This document shows positions 30,083 to 43,007 of a stretch of 64,000 nucleotides of DNA, in pieces. Below the pieces are notes generated by a model. That model was not told where the DNA came from and did not search any database. It was given only the letters and a program-made list of their open reading frames with translations. The position numbers were made by a program, and so were the translations under genes. This stretch comes from Macrostomum lignano. Taxonomy: Eukaryota. The stretch is from positions 1 to 64,000 of the forward strand of contig NIVC01000753.1 in assembly GCA_002269645.1 (NCBI GenBank), written 5' to 3'. Position 1 is the stretch's first letter, and each line of letters starts with the position of its first letter.

Positions 30083-31267
30083 ATGGGCAACACAACAAAT
30101 GCGCAGTGCACGGATCACTCTCTGCCGGAGTCTCCCCTAGTAGCGATCGGTTCTCTGGCTTTCTACTCCACCCTGGGCGTGCTCGGACTGTTCGGCAACA
30201 TCCACGTCATCCTCGTGTTCGCCTCCAGTCGGGAGAAGAGTCTGCGCTTCCTCATCACGGTACTGTCGGCCATGGATCTGTTTATATCGGCAGTGGTGCT
30301 GCCCACCGACTGCTACCGGGTGTACAATGACTACCTGGCCAGCAAGTACGAGCTGAAGGCCACCAATCACTGGTTCAGCACCGTGATCCTGTCGTCCAGG
30401 TATGCGGCGTTCGAGATGGAGGCCTGGATTCTGGTGTTCATCGCAGTGGACCGCTACCTGTGCATCGTGAAGGCCAGTCAGCAAGGCCTTACCTACAAGA
30501 AGACCCTCTGCGCCCTGTTCGCCGCAGCGCTGAGTCTTCTGCTCCTAGAGGTGTGCAACGTGACAAGCCACTACCTGATTGAAGACCAGTGCGGCCTGAA
30601 GCTCCAGCTGGAGTCCTACCTGCTGTACTTCTACGGCGCACTCGGCACCCTGTCAGTGCTGGTTGTCATGTCGCTTTATATCAGAATTTTCACCTTCGTG
30701 GCCTCCATGGAGAGGCGGCGCAGTTCGAAGCGCAAAGTCACCAAGCAGACGCTGGCGCTGCTGTCCAGGGCGGACGAAGTCGGCGCGACCAGCAACTGCG
30801 GGGACCTCGGCGGCGGTGGCGACGGCGCTGGTGACAAAAATCTTCAAGGTACCGCCAGCTACGCTTTGGAAACATCTTTAAAACCGACCAGCTGCTCGCT
30901 TCAGGTGACAGCCGACGGTCCAACCGGGTTTAACGGCATCTCCGAGTGTCCCAGCAGCAGCTTCGTCAGCAATGCGCTGCCGCCGCAGTCGGCGACCGCC
31001 GCCGCCGCCGCTGCCGCCGCCACCACCGAGTCATGGTTCCCCAAGAAGCTGGCCTGGATGCTGTTCGGCGCCACCGTGCTGTTCTACGGCAGCATGCTGC
31101 CGATGATCCTCATCAACTTCAAGCTGCTGCCGGACTCGCCGCTGCACCGAATTTTCTATTTGAACACGTCGCTGAACTTTTTCGTCTACGCCATGATGAA
31201 CTCGAAGTTCAGAGAGGAGCTGCGCAGAATTTACAGCAGGGCCTGCAGGTGCCGCTGCGAGCAGTGA
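30083..31267 (+). CDS. Intronless rhodopsin-like (class A) orphan GPCR, 394 aa
   Basis: Seven hydrophobic segments: TM1 GLFGN, TM2 LSAMDL, TM3 AVDRY, TM5 Y..IF, TM6 LFYGSMLP, TM7 LNTSLNFFVY, helix 8 NSKFREEL. N-terminal N-glycosylation sequon NTT. The ATG at 30083 is preferred over the GTG at 30029. Confidence 0.9.
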   Translation: MGNTTNAQCTDHSLPESPLVAIGSLAFYSTLGVLGLFGNIHVILVFASSREKSLRFLITVLSAMDLFISAVVLPTDCYRVYNDYLASKYELKATNHWFSTVILSSRYAAFEMEAWILVFIAVDRYLCIVKASQQGLTYKKTLCALFAAALSLLLLEVCNVTSHYLIEDQCGLKLQLESYLLYFYGALGTLSVLVVMSLYIRIFTFVASMERRRSSKRKVTKQTLALLSRADEVGATSNCGDLGGGGDGAGDKNLQGTASYALETSLKPTSCSLQVTADGPTGFNGISECPSSSFVSNALPPQSATAAAAAAAATTESWFPKKLAWMLFGATVLFYGSMLPMILINFKLLPDSPLHRIFYLNTSLNFFVYAMMNSKFREELRRIYSRACRCRCEQ

Positions 31268-31479
31268 CGGAACTGACTACAGATCCGCCAGCTGCTCAGG
31301 CCTGCGCTGAAGCAGGCGTGTCGGAATCGAATGCGAGCCGGGAAAGAAGAGCTTAAAAGACTTTTGTGTTGTGACTTTTTCTGCTTTCTCTTAAATATAA
31401 CGACAAGCTGTTGTAAAACTGTGTAACCAGACCAAACTTCTGTAACCAGAGTCGATCAGGGTTTTGAAGTGTCGCTCAG

Positions 31480-31640
31480 GACCCGGAAGCGTCACTTGGG
31501 ACTCGGAAGCGTCACTTGGAACTCTGAAGCGTCAATTGGGACTCGGAAGAATCACTTGGGACTCGGAAGCGTCCCTCAAGACTTTGAAGCGTCACCACTT
31601 AGGACCCAAAAGCGCCACTTGAGACTCGATAACGCTTCCC
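31480..31640. repeat. Short degenerate ~20-bp repeat (GAAGCGTCACTTGGGACTCG)
   Basis: About 6 imperfect copies 3' of the GPCR. Confidence 0.7.
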
Positions 31641-32339
31641 AAGACTTGAATGTGTCCTTTCTAACAGCTAGAATAAGTTTCCTGTCATTCCTGCCCAAGA
31701 TAGCCGCATGCATATCAATAATTCTGTCTGTCTGAAGCCAATGGTTCCTAACTTTGTTCTTTTTCTCAAAACGATAGAGATATCTGTTTTGTAGCCCGAC
31801 TATAAACTACGGCTCGTAAGTCAGAATCGCAATGTAAACGGACTCGCAGTTTCGTCTTGTTTCGATAATCAAAAACTAGAAAAATAAACCGTTTTCCTTT
31901 GAAAATAGCTAACATAAATTTATCAACAATCCTTTTCTAATTACTATATGAAATTTTATTTTTAAACGAATGGAATTACGGTTGTATTTTTGCTTGTTAT
32001 CTTCTCGGCAGTGTTAGTCCGACCGCTATGAGCAGAAGTGCAAGACTGCCGGATTCCCGACAAACTGATCATGCAAATGCGATGCTTTTAGTATACATGT
32101 ATAGGGGAACCGAGCTGGATAAAATAATGTTACAATTATAGTGAATTCGCCGGCGCGGCGCCACCCAATAATTCATCATCGCAATCCCGTGTCCGCATTT
32201 CGCCTGCTGAGTCTGCTTGCAGCGGCTAGAAATACGCTAGAAATGGCCGTGTGTTGTTAAAGTATGCGCGTCTGAGGGTTCTGCTGCTGGGGTTGGGAAT
32301 GAGACGGATACTCGTAACACTGATGAGATAATTAGATAT

Positions 32340-33220
<881 letters not shown>

Positions 33221-33927
33221 TCCGTTGATCGCCGCTTCGCTAAGAGATGCTTAGAGACGCGCACTTGATTGCAAAACTTGACTTCACTCAGCTGCTCGGA
33301 CTTGAGTGTTGGCAATAATTTTCAAGAATTTCAATCAATGCCGCACTGCACAATGGCTTAGGTAGTGCAGCTTGACCGATGCGAATCCAGCCCTAGCAGA
33401 GCATGTGTTTGCACTGGGCCGTGTCAATACTGAGCCCGCTAATTGAGGATTATTCGTTGGCATTAGTTAAACAGAAGATTACACCTGCCTCAGACGACCG
33501 CTCTGAGACAGAGAGCAATTCAGAGCTTATGGGCCTTGATTTAAACAAGCGCAGCTGCATCACCACAGAATTACCGCAGCGGGTAGGCAGAGGGCCAAAT
33601 GCGTTGAGCAAGCCGGGAGATTTACTGCCAGCTCAGCTCTATACGCATTGGAGCAGCGGCACTGTTGAGCGGCTAATGCTCAACCAGAATTTATGAGGCA
33701 TTTTAGTTTGTATGCAATAGCTATCTTATCTTATATAGCGCTTCTGCAGCTATCCAGAGCTTTCGCCAGCCTTCCCCTGCTATCCCGCCACAGCAGTTCG
33801 TGCCGTTGCTAAAGAGCCGCAGGGTTCTCCCCAGAAACTCTGCCAGCGTACTGGACTTGGCGTGGGGAGTTCGGATGGAAGGAAAGTGATGGGGAAAGAA
33901 AATTTGTCCGCTTTGATCCCCGGCGAA

Positions 33928-34485
<558 letters not shown>

Positions 34486-35438
34486 CTAAAAAACAAATGC
34501 CCTCTCCTGTCCTACAAGTCTCCATAAAAACTCAGTGCCCACAGCGGGAAGCGTGGACAAAGCAGGGGCATGGCAGTGTGCTCCGGCCAACCGCGCGGCT
34601 CGACCTGCTTTATGAACGCCCCGCACGGAGTAGGCAGGGGACCGGCTCTGGCCAACAGGAAATTGTCTGTCCGGGAACCCGTTTGTGGGCAATAAATATC
34701 CAGCAGCTACAGAAGCTTTTGAAACTCGCACAGCCAGCTAAGTCGGGGCGGTTAACTTTAATACCGATGAAAGCTAGCAGCAACAGAAATGAGAGGCACT
34801 TTTTGTTTTATTGTCTGTCTCTCTAAAGCCTAACGATTAATTATTGTCCTAGTTTATTAAAATATCATAAATGGGAATTGCACTAAAGCGCTGGCTTTAA
34901 TTGGCGACTTCCGGGACAGCTGAACGCACAGAGCACCTGCTATCCATACTCTTGTCCGGCCAAGCATTTCGAAATTTGCAAAAGTGCAATCGGGTGCATA
35001 TTATAGTCTAGAAAATAGATCAGCGGAAAATTGCCTCTGGCGACTCTCGTGCCACGACCCCTGGGCTCGACCGGGAGGTTGTCGAGCGATTCACACCTAC
35101 ATGTATGTGGGCCAGTCCCAAGGCACAAAGTATACATGTCTAACGATTAGAAAGTGAGACAGCCGCTGTACATTCTGTATCAGTGTGTATGAGTGCGTGC
35201 CTGTATCGACGATCAGGAGTCAGCGAAATGGGCAGAATTGCAGTCAGCGCTGCTTGCGGGACGATGTCGCAGGCGTTGCACCAGAGGGCCCACAGCCCTC
35301 CTGTAAATGAACGCTTATGAATAACTGGTTTTTATTTAATCAAACTATTTACGCCTTAATCAAACTATCGATACGATATTTATTGAAAACGTGGACAGAT
35401 CAAGTCTTATATTTTCTAAGAAACGAGCTGGATGCCGG

Positions 35439-36187
35439 CAGTGGTGTGATTGGCAAAGGGCCATTTTTTCGCGCCTCAAAAAAATTCGCGCCATTGTTTA
35501 CTAGTTTAAATAACATGCTAACTACATATATGTACATGTAGAAAACCCATATTTTTATGGTTTTTGCTTCTTTTTTCCAGCACTAAGGATCAATCCTTGC
35601 TGTGGCAGTACTTTACCACTGATAAAAGTTTGGCCTGCACAACTAAAAGCGAGCAGCAAATGTCCTTGGACAAAAATGGGTGTCAAAATTTCATGGTATT
35701 TGATTTCTAAACTTTTTTGAAGGACACTCTGGGGCAGGCAATGGCTATTCCTAACTTCCTGCTCAACAGCCTTCCATTTCAGCACTTGCTCAGCAATTCT
35801 TTCAGCTTCCTTCAATTTCTTCTGCTGGAGCTTGCATTTCTCCTGTCGAAGCTGTTCCAACTCTTGATCCTTCTCCTTGTTACGAGTCAGCTCCAGCAGC
35901 AGTCGTTGGAGCTCCCTTCAGTCTGCTTCCGTTTTGACTGGATCTCGTCTTCTTTCATTTTCAGCTGCTGCTCCAGATCAAGATTTGCATGTATTGTACA
36001 CCATAACATAAAGTTTAAATTTGAATAAAGCGTGCGTGAATAGACTAAACGTGATCAGTTCAAAATGAAACTTCGAAAATTGAAAAATCGCGCCTCTGCT
36101 TGACGAAAATTCGCGCCTGCCCTCAGAAATCGCATATTCGCGCCTTTTTCGCGCCTGGCGCGAATTCGCTCCTCAATCACACCACTG
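35439..36187. mobile_element. Non-autonomous TIR element (MITE-like), ~750 bp
   Basis: Perfect 14-bp TIR (CAGTGGTGTGATTG 35439-35452 / CAATCACACCACTG 36174-36187), CCGG on both flanks, and subterminal TTCGCGCC motifs at both ends. Confidence 0.6.
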
Positions 36188-39100
36188 CCGGTAAGGAACG
36201 CATAGTGCTGAATGGGGTTTCGCCATAGACAAATGCGTGCTAGAAAAATCCCCTTCTTTCTAAGAAACAACCTGCTCATGGTAAAGAAAATCGGGCATAG
36301 CGTCATTCTAATCCAGCTGTCCATGATAGAAAATTACTTGAGAAGATTACTTCTATCTTGAGACTTTATTTGCTCGATACAAAAGTAGCAAATAACGTAT
36401 TTCGCAACTAAATCACTTTCAGAATTTGTTTTAACTTTAGCTAAACTTTTGTGAAAATGAGCTGGAGGCTGGTAATGGAGCGTATACCTGTCGTATCACT
36501 CAACTGATATTATAATGGCTAATGCAAGAGGATCAAGGAAGACTGCAGTTTCCAGATGAAGCCTTCCAAACTAGCTCAAATGCACGATAATGGTTTTTGC
36601 GTCAGAATTCCCACAACAGAGTCGAATTCACGATCCTCTCTTCCCCGATCAAACTAGAAAGCACTATACCGTACACTCTACAACAACTGGGGGATAGGAT
36701 AAGGGATGAGGGAAAACCCACAGCGATGACAGTTTGTTTAACTAGGAACCCGAGTCAGGTCGACAATGCAAGAGTGAATCTGTTATACGTTATGCCTGCT
36801 AATACAAACAAATTCCCATCCAGCGTTCACAACTTGCTGAATTCATTTTCAGGATGCACTTTTGTCAAACCGCCGCATAAAGAGGCTATTGATAGTAGAA
36901 GTTGGCTGGAGCGGTTCAAATAGCAACAAAAAGTTCACGAAAGGTCGCACGAGCCCGTAGCTAAGGATTGATTTCTTCCTTCTCTTCCCACTCTGCAGCT
37001 TCGCTTCTGCCGTCCAAGCCAGCAAACACTAGTAGTGGGCTCAGCTGCAATTTATCAACTATGCGCTGGACGTACAGGAGCCGTCAGACTCCCGCATGCG
37101 CCACTCCTAAACCAGCCAAACTGCGCGATCGAGCTAATAAAAGAGAATCGGCCACAAAATTATTCTATTTCTACTAGCAGTAGTTTACAATCTTAGTAGC
37201 ATTATAATTTATTTACACTTCGATCGGCGACTGATGATCTTTTCTTTGATCACAAAATCAATGATAGCATTTGATCTGGCTAGGGCAGTGAAGATGACCA
37301 TTTCTTTAATTTAGCATGCGCAACATGCTACTCTGTTTGTATTTTATACAGCTGTGCATGCAGTGAAAGTTTCATTTTCATAATGACACAATCTTTGATT
37401 TTCACGTCCTGTTATACTACAGTGGACCTTACGATTGCATACTACCTCGCGCACTTATTCACTGCGATACTATTTTAATTGTTGTTTAAACGCGAAAACA
37501 AATAAAGACAAAAATCCAGTTTGCAATAAAAATGGAATTATTTTTGTCATTATTAGATCAGCTGGAGTCAACAAACTCCGAGCACTGCAATGAGAATATT
37601 GCATTCTGTTTGCTTTGCGTGTTAGTTGACGCAGCACATTGCGCTTAAAAAACACAAAACGCAGAGTATAGAGAAATCAATTTGTTGCATTTAAAAAAAG
37701 TGAATATGAACAAGTTCAATTGACAATTAGCAAGCCATTAAAAATTGTGGAGGGCAATGGACAAAAAAACTGGACTATATAGATTTTACTGCCGAATATG
37801 ACGAATATGGCCTTGCTTCAATTAAAGTTTAAACAGACTGATTATATAGAAAGCACTAATTAGTATGAGTAAAGGTAAAAGCATTATGTTGATTCAGACT
37901 GAAATTACGAAACGTGCTTTAATTATACATGTCCAAATCTGGTCGTTCTTGAATTTGAAAGCAGCATATTATATTGAAAAGTTAAAATAAGACCAAACTA
38001 TCCAAATACCTTACTTCCTTAAATCATTTGATGGTGCATGTGCTACTTAACTACTGCCAATTCAGTAGTATGATCTCTCTTTCCCTCAATTTCCTATTGG
38101 CTCATTTTATCTGCTTTTCATCGTTCGTGCCATTCCACGCAAACTGCACCCCGTCGCTTCTTTGCCACCTCTCCATTTTGTTTTTTATTGTCCCCATCGC
38201 AGGGTGGGGGGGGGGTTAAGCAGCCATGTACATTATCTGCTGCGCTGACCAATGTACACTGATTGTTCACCACACACGAATAACAAAATGTGTCACGTGA
38301 TTCTCTCTCTCTCTCTTTCGGGTCATTTTATTGGTTGAATTCCCTAGAGGAAAACAACTGCTTTTTTACTTGCTACTGAATCAAAAGTACAAAAGGACAA
38401 TTGGAAAATTTATAAATGTGTAGTTTAATTTTACTAATTTCTACAGAGGAAATTGCGGCACAAAAATTCGCGAGTGAGTGAGCAATTAACAAATACATGT
38501 TTTGAGTAGTGAGTTAATTAAAGCTTGATAAAGGGAGAGTACAGAAGTTGCAAATGGTAAAGCTCATCATGCAGGCTGATACATGTTGCATAATGATTGT
38601 AGTTAATGCACCGGCGGTATAATGCAAGTCACACATCATTTACAATTATTCACAATACTGCATGCACTAAATAAAGTCAGGGAAGATGCTAGGTAGCCAT
38701 GATGATTTAATCATGCTGACTAAAGTTTATTATGCCAATAAAAACCATATTTATGCATTGCAAAAAACGATATAAACAACTATTGATTAAAACAGATTGA
38801 TTCCACTTTTTCATCAAGAAACTAACAACAATTTTTGGACTAGAAAATAAAAACAAACTACTTATATAATCAGTGCATACTTTTAAACACACAAATATAT
38901 GTTATATACGAGGCACTGACTATTGGTGCTTATCAAACAAAATATCAGCTAGAAAGATGGAAAATATATAAATATAATATTTGAACAGAGAAAACCTGTT
39001 TTGGACCAAAATGAGACAGTTGGTAAAAATAATTTATGCCTAATTCCTACAAAATTGAAGATTAATTCATCTAATGTGAGAATTTATTCCACAGGCGCTA

Positions 39101-39556
39101 AGCAGCAATAAATAATGATAAAAATCCATTAATAGTTTTATGCGAATAGCTTAAAACACAGGGTGGCAATACATGCGTGATGTGTAGCCGATGCTCTTGA
39201 CATGCAAAAAATATTCGAAACAGAGCTCATAAGCACACAGTTGCCGATAAATAACAAAAAAGGCACACAACTAGTCGAGTGGTTGAGCTGGCCTATTATT
39301 AAAAATTCTTTTTTTCAGTTTCAATCAATGCTGATTGTATTGCCGTTGTTAAAACATCAATTAAAACAATTTGAAAGACTCTTAATTAGTAAAATCCCAA
39401 ATCTAGTCGCTTTGTTCTTAACATGCTATTTACTATAAACATACTACTTTTTCAGTAATAGTTTGTCCACTCACGCACTAGATTAGGGTTGTTCACGTGT
39501 TTCTCCATTTTTCAGTCAGTAGACATGTAAAATTCAATATTTCTTCTAGTCTGCAT

Positions 39557-39862
39557 TAATAATAATAATAATTGATTACACCTGCCCTAATGGCCAGATG
39601 TGCAACCGACAGCTCAGCCGCAGCCATTGTGCGGCGCATCTGAAGGCTGCGTACGGCTGTTCAGTTCAAGGACTGGGGGGTCGCCACACGCACCATCAAT
39701 TTCCCCAGCTAATGCTGGCACCTATTTCAGCTGTGTGAAATGAAGCAATGCAGAGTTAAATGTCTTGCTCAAGGACACAAAGTGTTCCAGTGGGATCAGG
39801 AATCGAACCCCCGACCTTTAAGTCGTGAGTCAGATGCTCTAACCACTAGGCTGCAACATCTG
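39557..39862 (-). mobile_element. tRNA-derived SINE with a conserved central domain and (TTA)n tail
   Basis: On the minus strand: A-box-like CAGCCTAGTGG (39853-39843), B box GGTTCGATTCC (39809-39799), central TGTGTCCTTGAGCAAGACATTTAA resembling CORE/V-type SINE domains, and a simple-repeat tail at 39557-39572. Confidence 0.8.
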
Positions 39863-40237
39863 CACTACAGCCTGCACTACAGCTATTATAAAGGCAAAAA
39901 AACGCGTCTTGCTACTGAAAAAAAGTAGAAGCGCATTTTGCGAGTGAAATATTCAGTTATTCTTGCATCCGTGCTGTTTACCAATTGGACTTAAAGTTAG
40001 GCATGATAATACACGCATCTTAACATTTGAAAACCGTCCATACTACTTACATGTACTTACATGAACACATCTACCCGATATCTAGTCAAGAAGGGACATT
40101 TTCACAAGCCCTTGTATTTTGTAAACGCTTAAATAATAAACAGTTTTCTTTGAACCTCCGCCCCATTTCAACCCACAGGACACCCTTGGCCGGACATGTA
40201 CTATTAGCACAGACAAGGATGCACCATATTATGATAA

Positions 40238-42193
40238 TCAGCCGGTCAGATCAGCCAGAGCCAGCTCGCACTGCGGAGCGCAGCACCTGAACCGGCAGCG
40301 GCGCAGCCTCAGGCCAGCTAGCAGGCGGTCAGTGAGCAGCAGCTGCTCAAGCCGGCGGGCTACAGTCTCGCTGGACAGATTGGCCAAGAACCGGCGCAGA
40401 CAGTCGGCCGTGGTAGCAGCCAGCTGGATCTGCAGGCCGCAGTAGGGATCAGAGCCAGCCTCCAGGCACAGCAGGCCGCAGTCCTGCTCCAGATAGCGGA
40501 CCAGGCGCTGCTCGGAGTCGGCCAGCACGGCCTGATAGAGCTCGGCCGATTTTTCGGCCAGCAGGCGGGCCTTTCGGACCAGCAGACCATCGGCTGCGCT
40601 GTCAGCAGCTGCAACCAACGAGTCGTTGCCGTCGAGTTGCTGCTGTTGCTGGGCCAAATACTTTCGATTCGAACTGCTCAGCATTGATTTTTTAGAAGCC
40701 GCCACAGACTGCGGCGTCAGCATCTGAGGCGTCGCCGCCGCCGCAGCAGCAGCTGCAGGTCGCTGACGCTTTCGCCGCCGACTAGAAAAGGGGAAACGAA
40801 ACAGTCGACTGCAGCAGCCGCCGAAGCAGCCGCAGCCTCCGCCGCTGTCATCGGTGCGGCCAGCCGCCGCCGCGGCCGTCAAAGTAGAGCAGAGCCGGCT
40901 GTCCTCGCCAACGGCCAGACTGACCAGATCGTCAACTGACCGGTTGAGCGCCTCGACGCTGATCCAGCAGGAGGTCGGCCGGTCGCCGCCAGCCGCCGGC
41001 GTGGAAACCAACACGGGGCCAGCTGCGGCGGCAGTGAACAGGCCGAAGTCGGCCGGGCACACCTGTATAGCGCTGACCTCCACTGTTAGCGCGAACTGGC
41101 CGCGTCTTCGGCCAGTCAGCCTTGCAGCCGAAGCCGACGTCGATAGAGGGGCGTCGATCCGACGCTCGACATCGTAGCGATTAGCCAGGTCGAGGCGGCC
41201 GGCGCAACGAAGCGCGTTGACCAAGAGGCCGCGTACAGCCGGCGGAGAGATGTCCAGCAGAGCGAGCAGCTGGCCGGGCTCCTGCGAAGTGTTGCGTTTT
41301 GTAGTCCTTTGTCACAATAAGCAGATTGCTTTACTGATGAGTAGCAAGATAAGAATGTAAAGTGAATTTATTGCAAAAGAAAACAGAATTGACCCATAAC
41401 ACCTATCGAGAATTCGATTTTGAATCAACAAAAAGAAAAGTTTTAGACAATTTCAAAGTCAAAGCGTTAGGCAGCTTGCAGCCAGCGAGAGCAGTCATGC
41501 TCATTTTGCTGACCCCTGAGCACGCATACGCAGACACACACAGGGTGTACAGCGGCCCTCACTCATCAGGTGCTGTACGCAAGCCAATTTTCATGTATGA
41601 GCACCAAAATTAATGTGGCGGAGGGCCGTAGCCCAGTGGTCTAGCGCGACACTCCTGTGTACCAGCGGCCCAGGTTCGATTCCCAGGCCCAGTCGCACTA
41701 ATTTGGGGCTCAATTGGAGTCTCAGCTTGGCTCTGCTTGTGCAAGTAACGTCATTGAAGGCTAACCCCCAAGGCGCAGTGAAGTGTACATGACTAACGAT
41801 AAATAAAGAAAGGGCCGCTGTACACTCCTGTGTGAGTGTGTGCCTGCTCAGGGGAGTTGGCGGAATGGGCAGTAATGCCTCTAGCTGGTTGTGTGACAAT
41901 GTCGCTTAAAGTGCGCCAGGGTGCACATAGCCACCTGACTCTAATAAAAGGGACTTTGATACAAAGGTTGGACATTTTACTAAACAGGTACTGTCAGCCT
42001 GTCTCATTATTTACTACACCAGAATTGAAGACCTAAACTCATTGCTGATAAAAGAAAAATATTTCACCTGCACTAGGCCAGGCTCGAATCTTAGAGCAGC
42101 TCTGTGCAGCCGCAGGTAGTCCTGCACCTGGTCCAGCTCGGCTGACCCAAGCTGCTGCTGTTGATTGGCATCTTCCTCAGCTGCCTTCTCCAT
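40238..42193 (-). CDS. 2-exon protein (~389 aa; exons 42193-42068 and 41281-40238) with an N-terminal death-fold-like segment and a C-terminal TRADD-N-like region
   Basis: ATG at 42193; CAG|GTGAAA donor and TTCGCAG| acceptor, both phase 0, give a continuous ORF MEKAAEE...YLRLHRAAL...LLVNALRCAGRLDLANRY. The coding sequence is GC-rich. Domain assignments are by recalled pattern only. Confidence 0.6.
41615..41810 (+). mobile_element. tRNA-derived SINE-like element inside the intron of the 40238-42193 gene
   Basis: A box TAGCCCAGTGG and B box GGTTCGATTCC with tRNA-like spacing, followed by a non-tRNA body and an A-rich end. Confidence 0.65.
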
Positions 42194-43007
42194 TGGATGG
42201 AGCCCGCAACTACAGCACTTGTAGATAGCTGGCAGTTGGACAGCTCAATAGTGACTACCAGCAGCAATGCAAAATAAAATAAATAATATCAAAATGCAAC
42301 TTAGCTGGCTCTGGTAGTCCACTTTTTAACTCCATTTTTGTTTTCTTTCTCCACTTCTTTGCTCCTGTGTTTGTGTTTCATTTCTTTTTCCCACTTTGTT
42401 TTATTCTTTTTTTGTACTTTTTGCATTTGTTTTAGGCAAGAGTTTAATTTTTGGGCTTATTTTGGCTAGGAGTCTCTCTTACCTAGCTAGATCAGCTACG
42501 TTGGTCAGGTATTATACATGCATGACAAAGACAAGGGTCATATTTTTCTTTGTTTTGCTAAATCCCTTGAGATAAAACAATTGATAATAGAGCTATCATT
42601 TAATAAACTTGAATAAGTTTTTTGCTTATAACGAAAATGCAAACAACTTTCTTTTCTAATTATATAAGTCTAGATAAAACTATGAATAGTGCATAGTTTT
42701 TACTATAATATGGCACATAGATATTCAGAATTGGGCAAAGTTCTGGCACTTCTGGCACTTTAATACTGGAAGTTACTTTTTTTAAAGTGGAACTTTTTTC
42801 CAGTTTTTATTTGAATGCCAGATTTGGGTAATAGAAGGTAACGGAAGTTATTTTTTGATAAGTCCAGTTTTCCAGAACTTGAAAATGAAATTTTAGGTGC
42901 CAAACAGCCAATTTAGCACAAAATATTTCCTAAAAGTGCAAAAAATTCACCAAAATACTTGTAGTAATGTAGTAAAATTATAAAAAGGTAAAGAGATGAT
43001 CCTAGAT

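Noticed and set aside
39790-39862. tRNA genes at the B-box sites (39.8, 41.65, 50.46 and 52.58 kb)
   Set aside because: No convincing cloverleaf or poly-T terminator was seen; they continue into SINE-like bodies or repeats.
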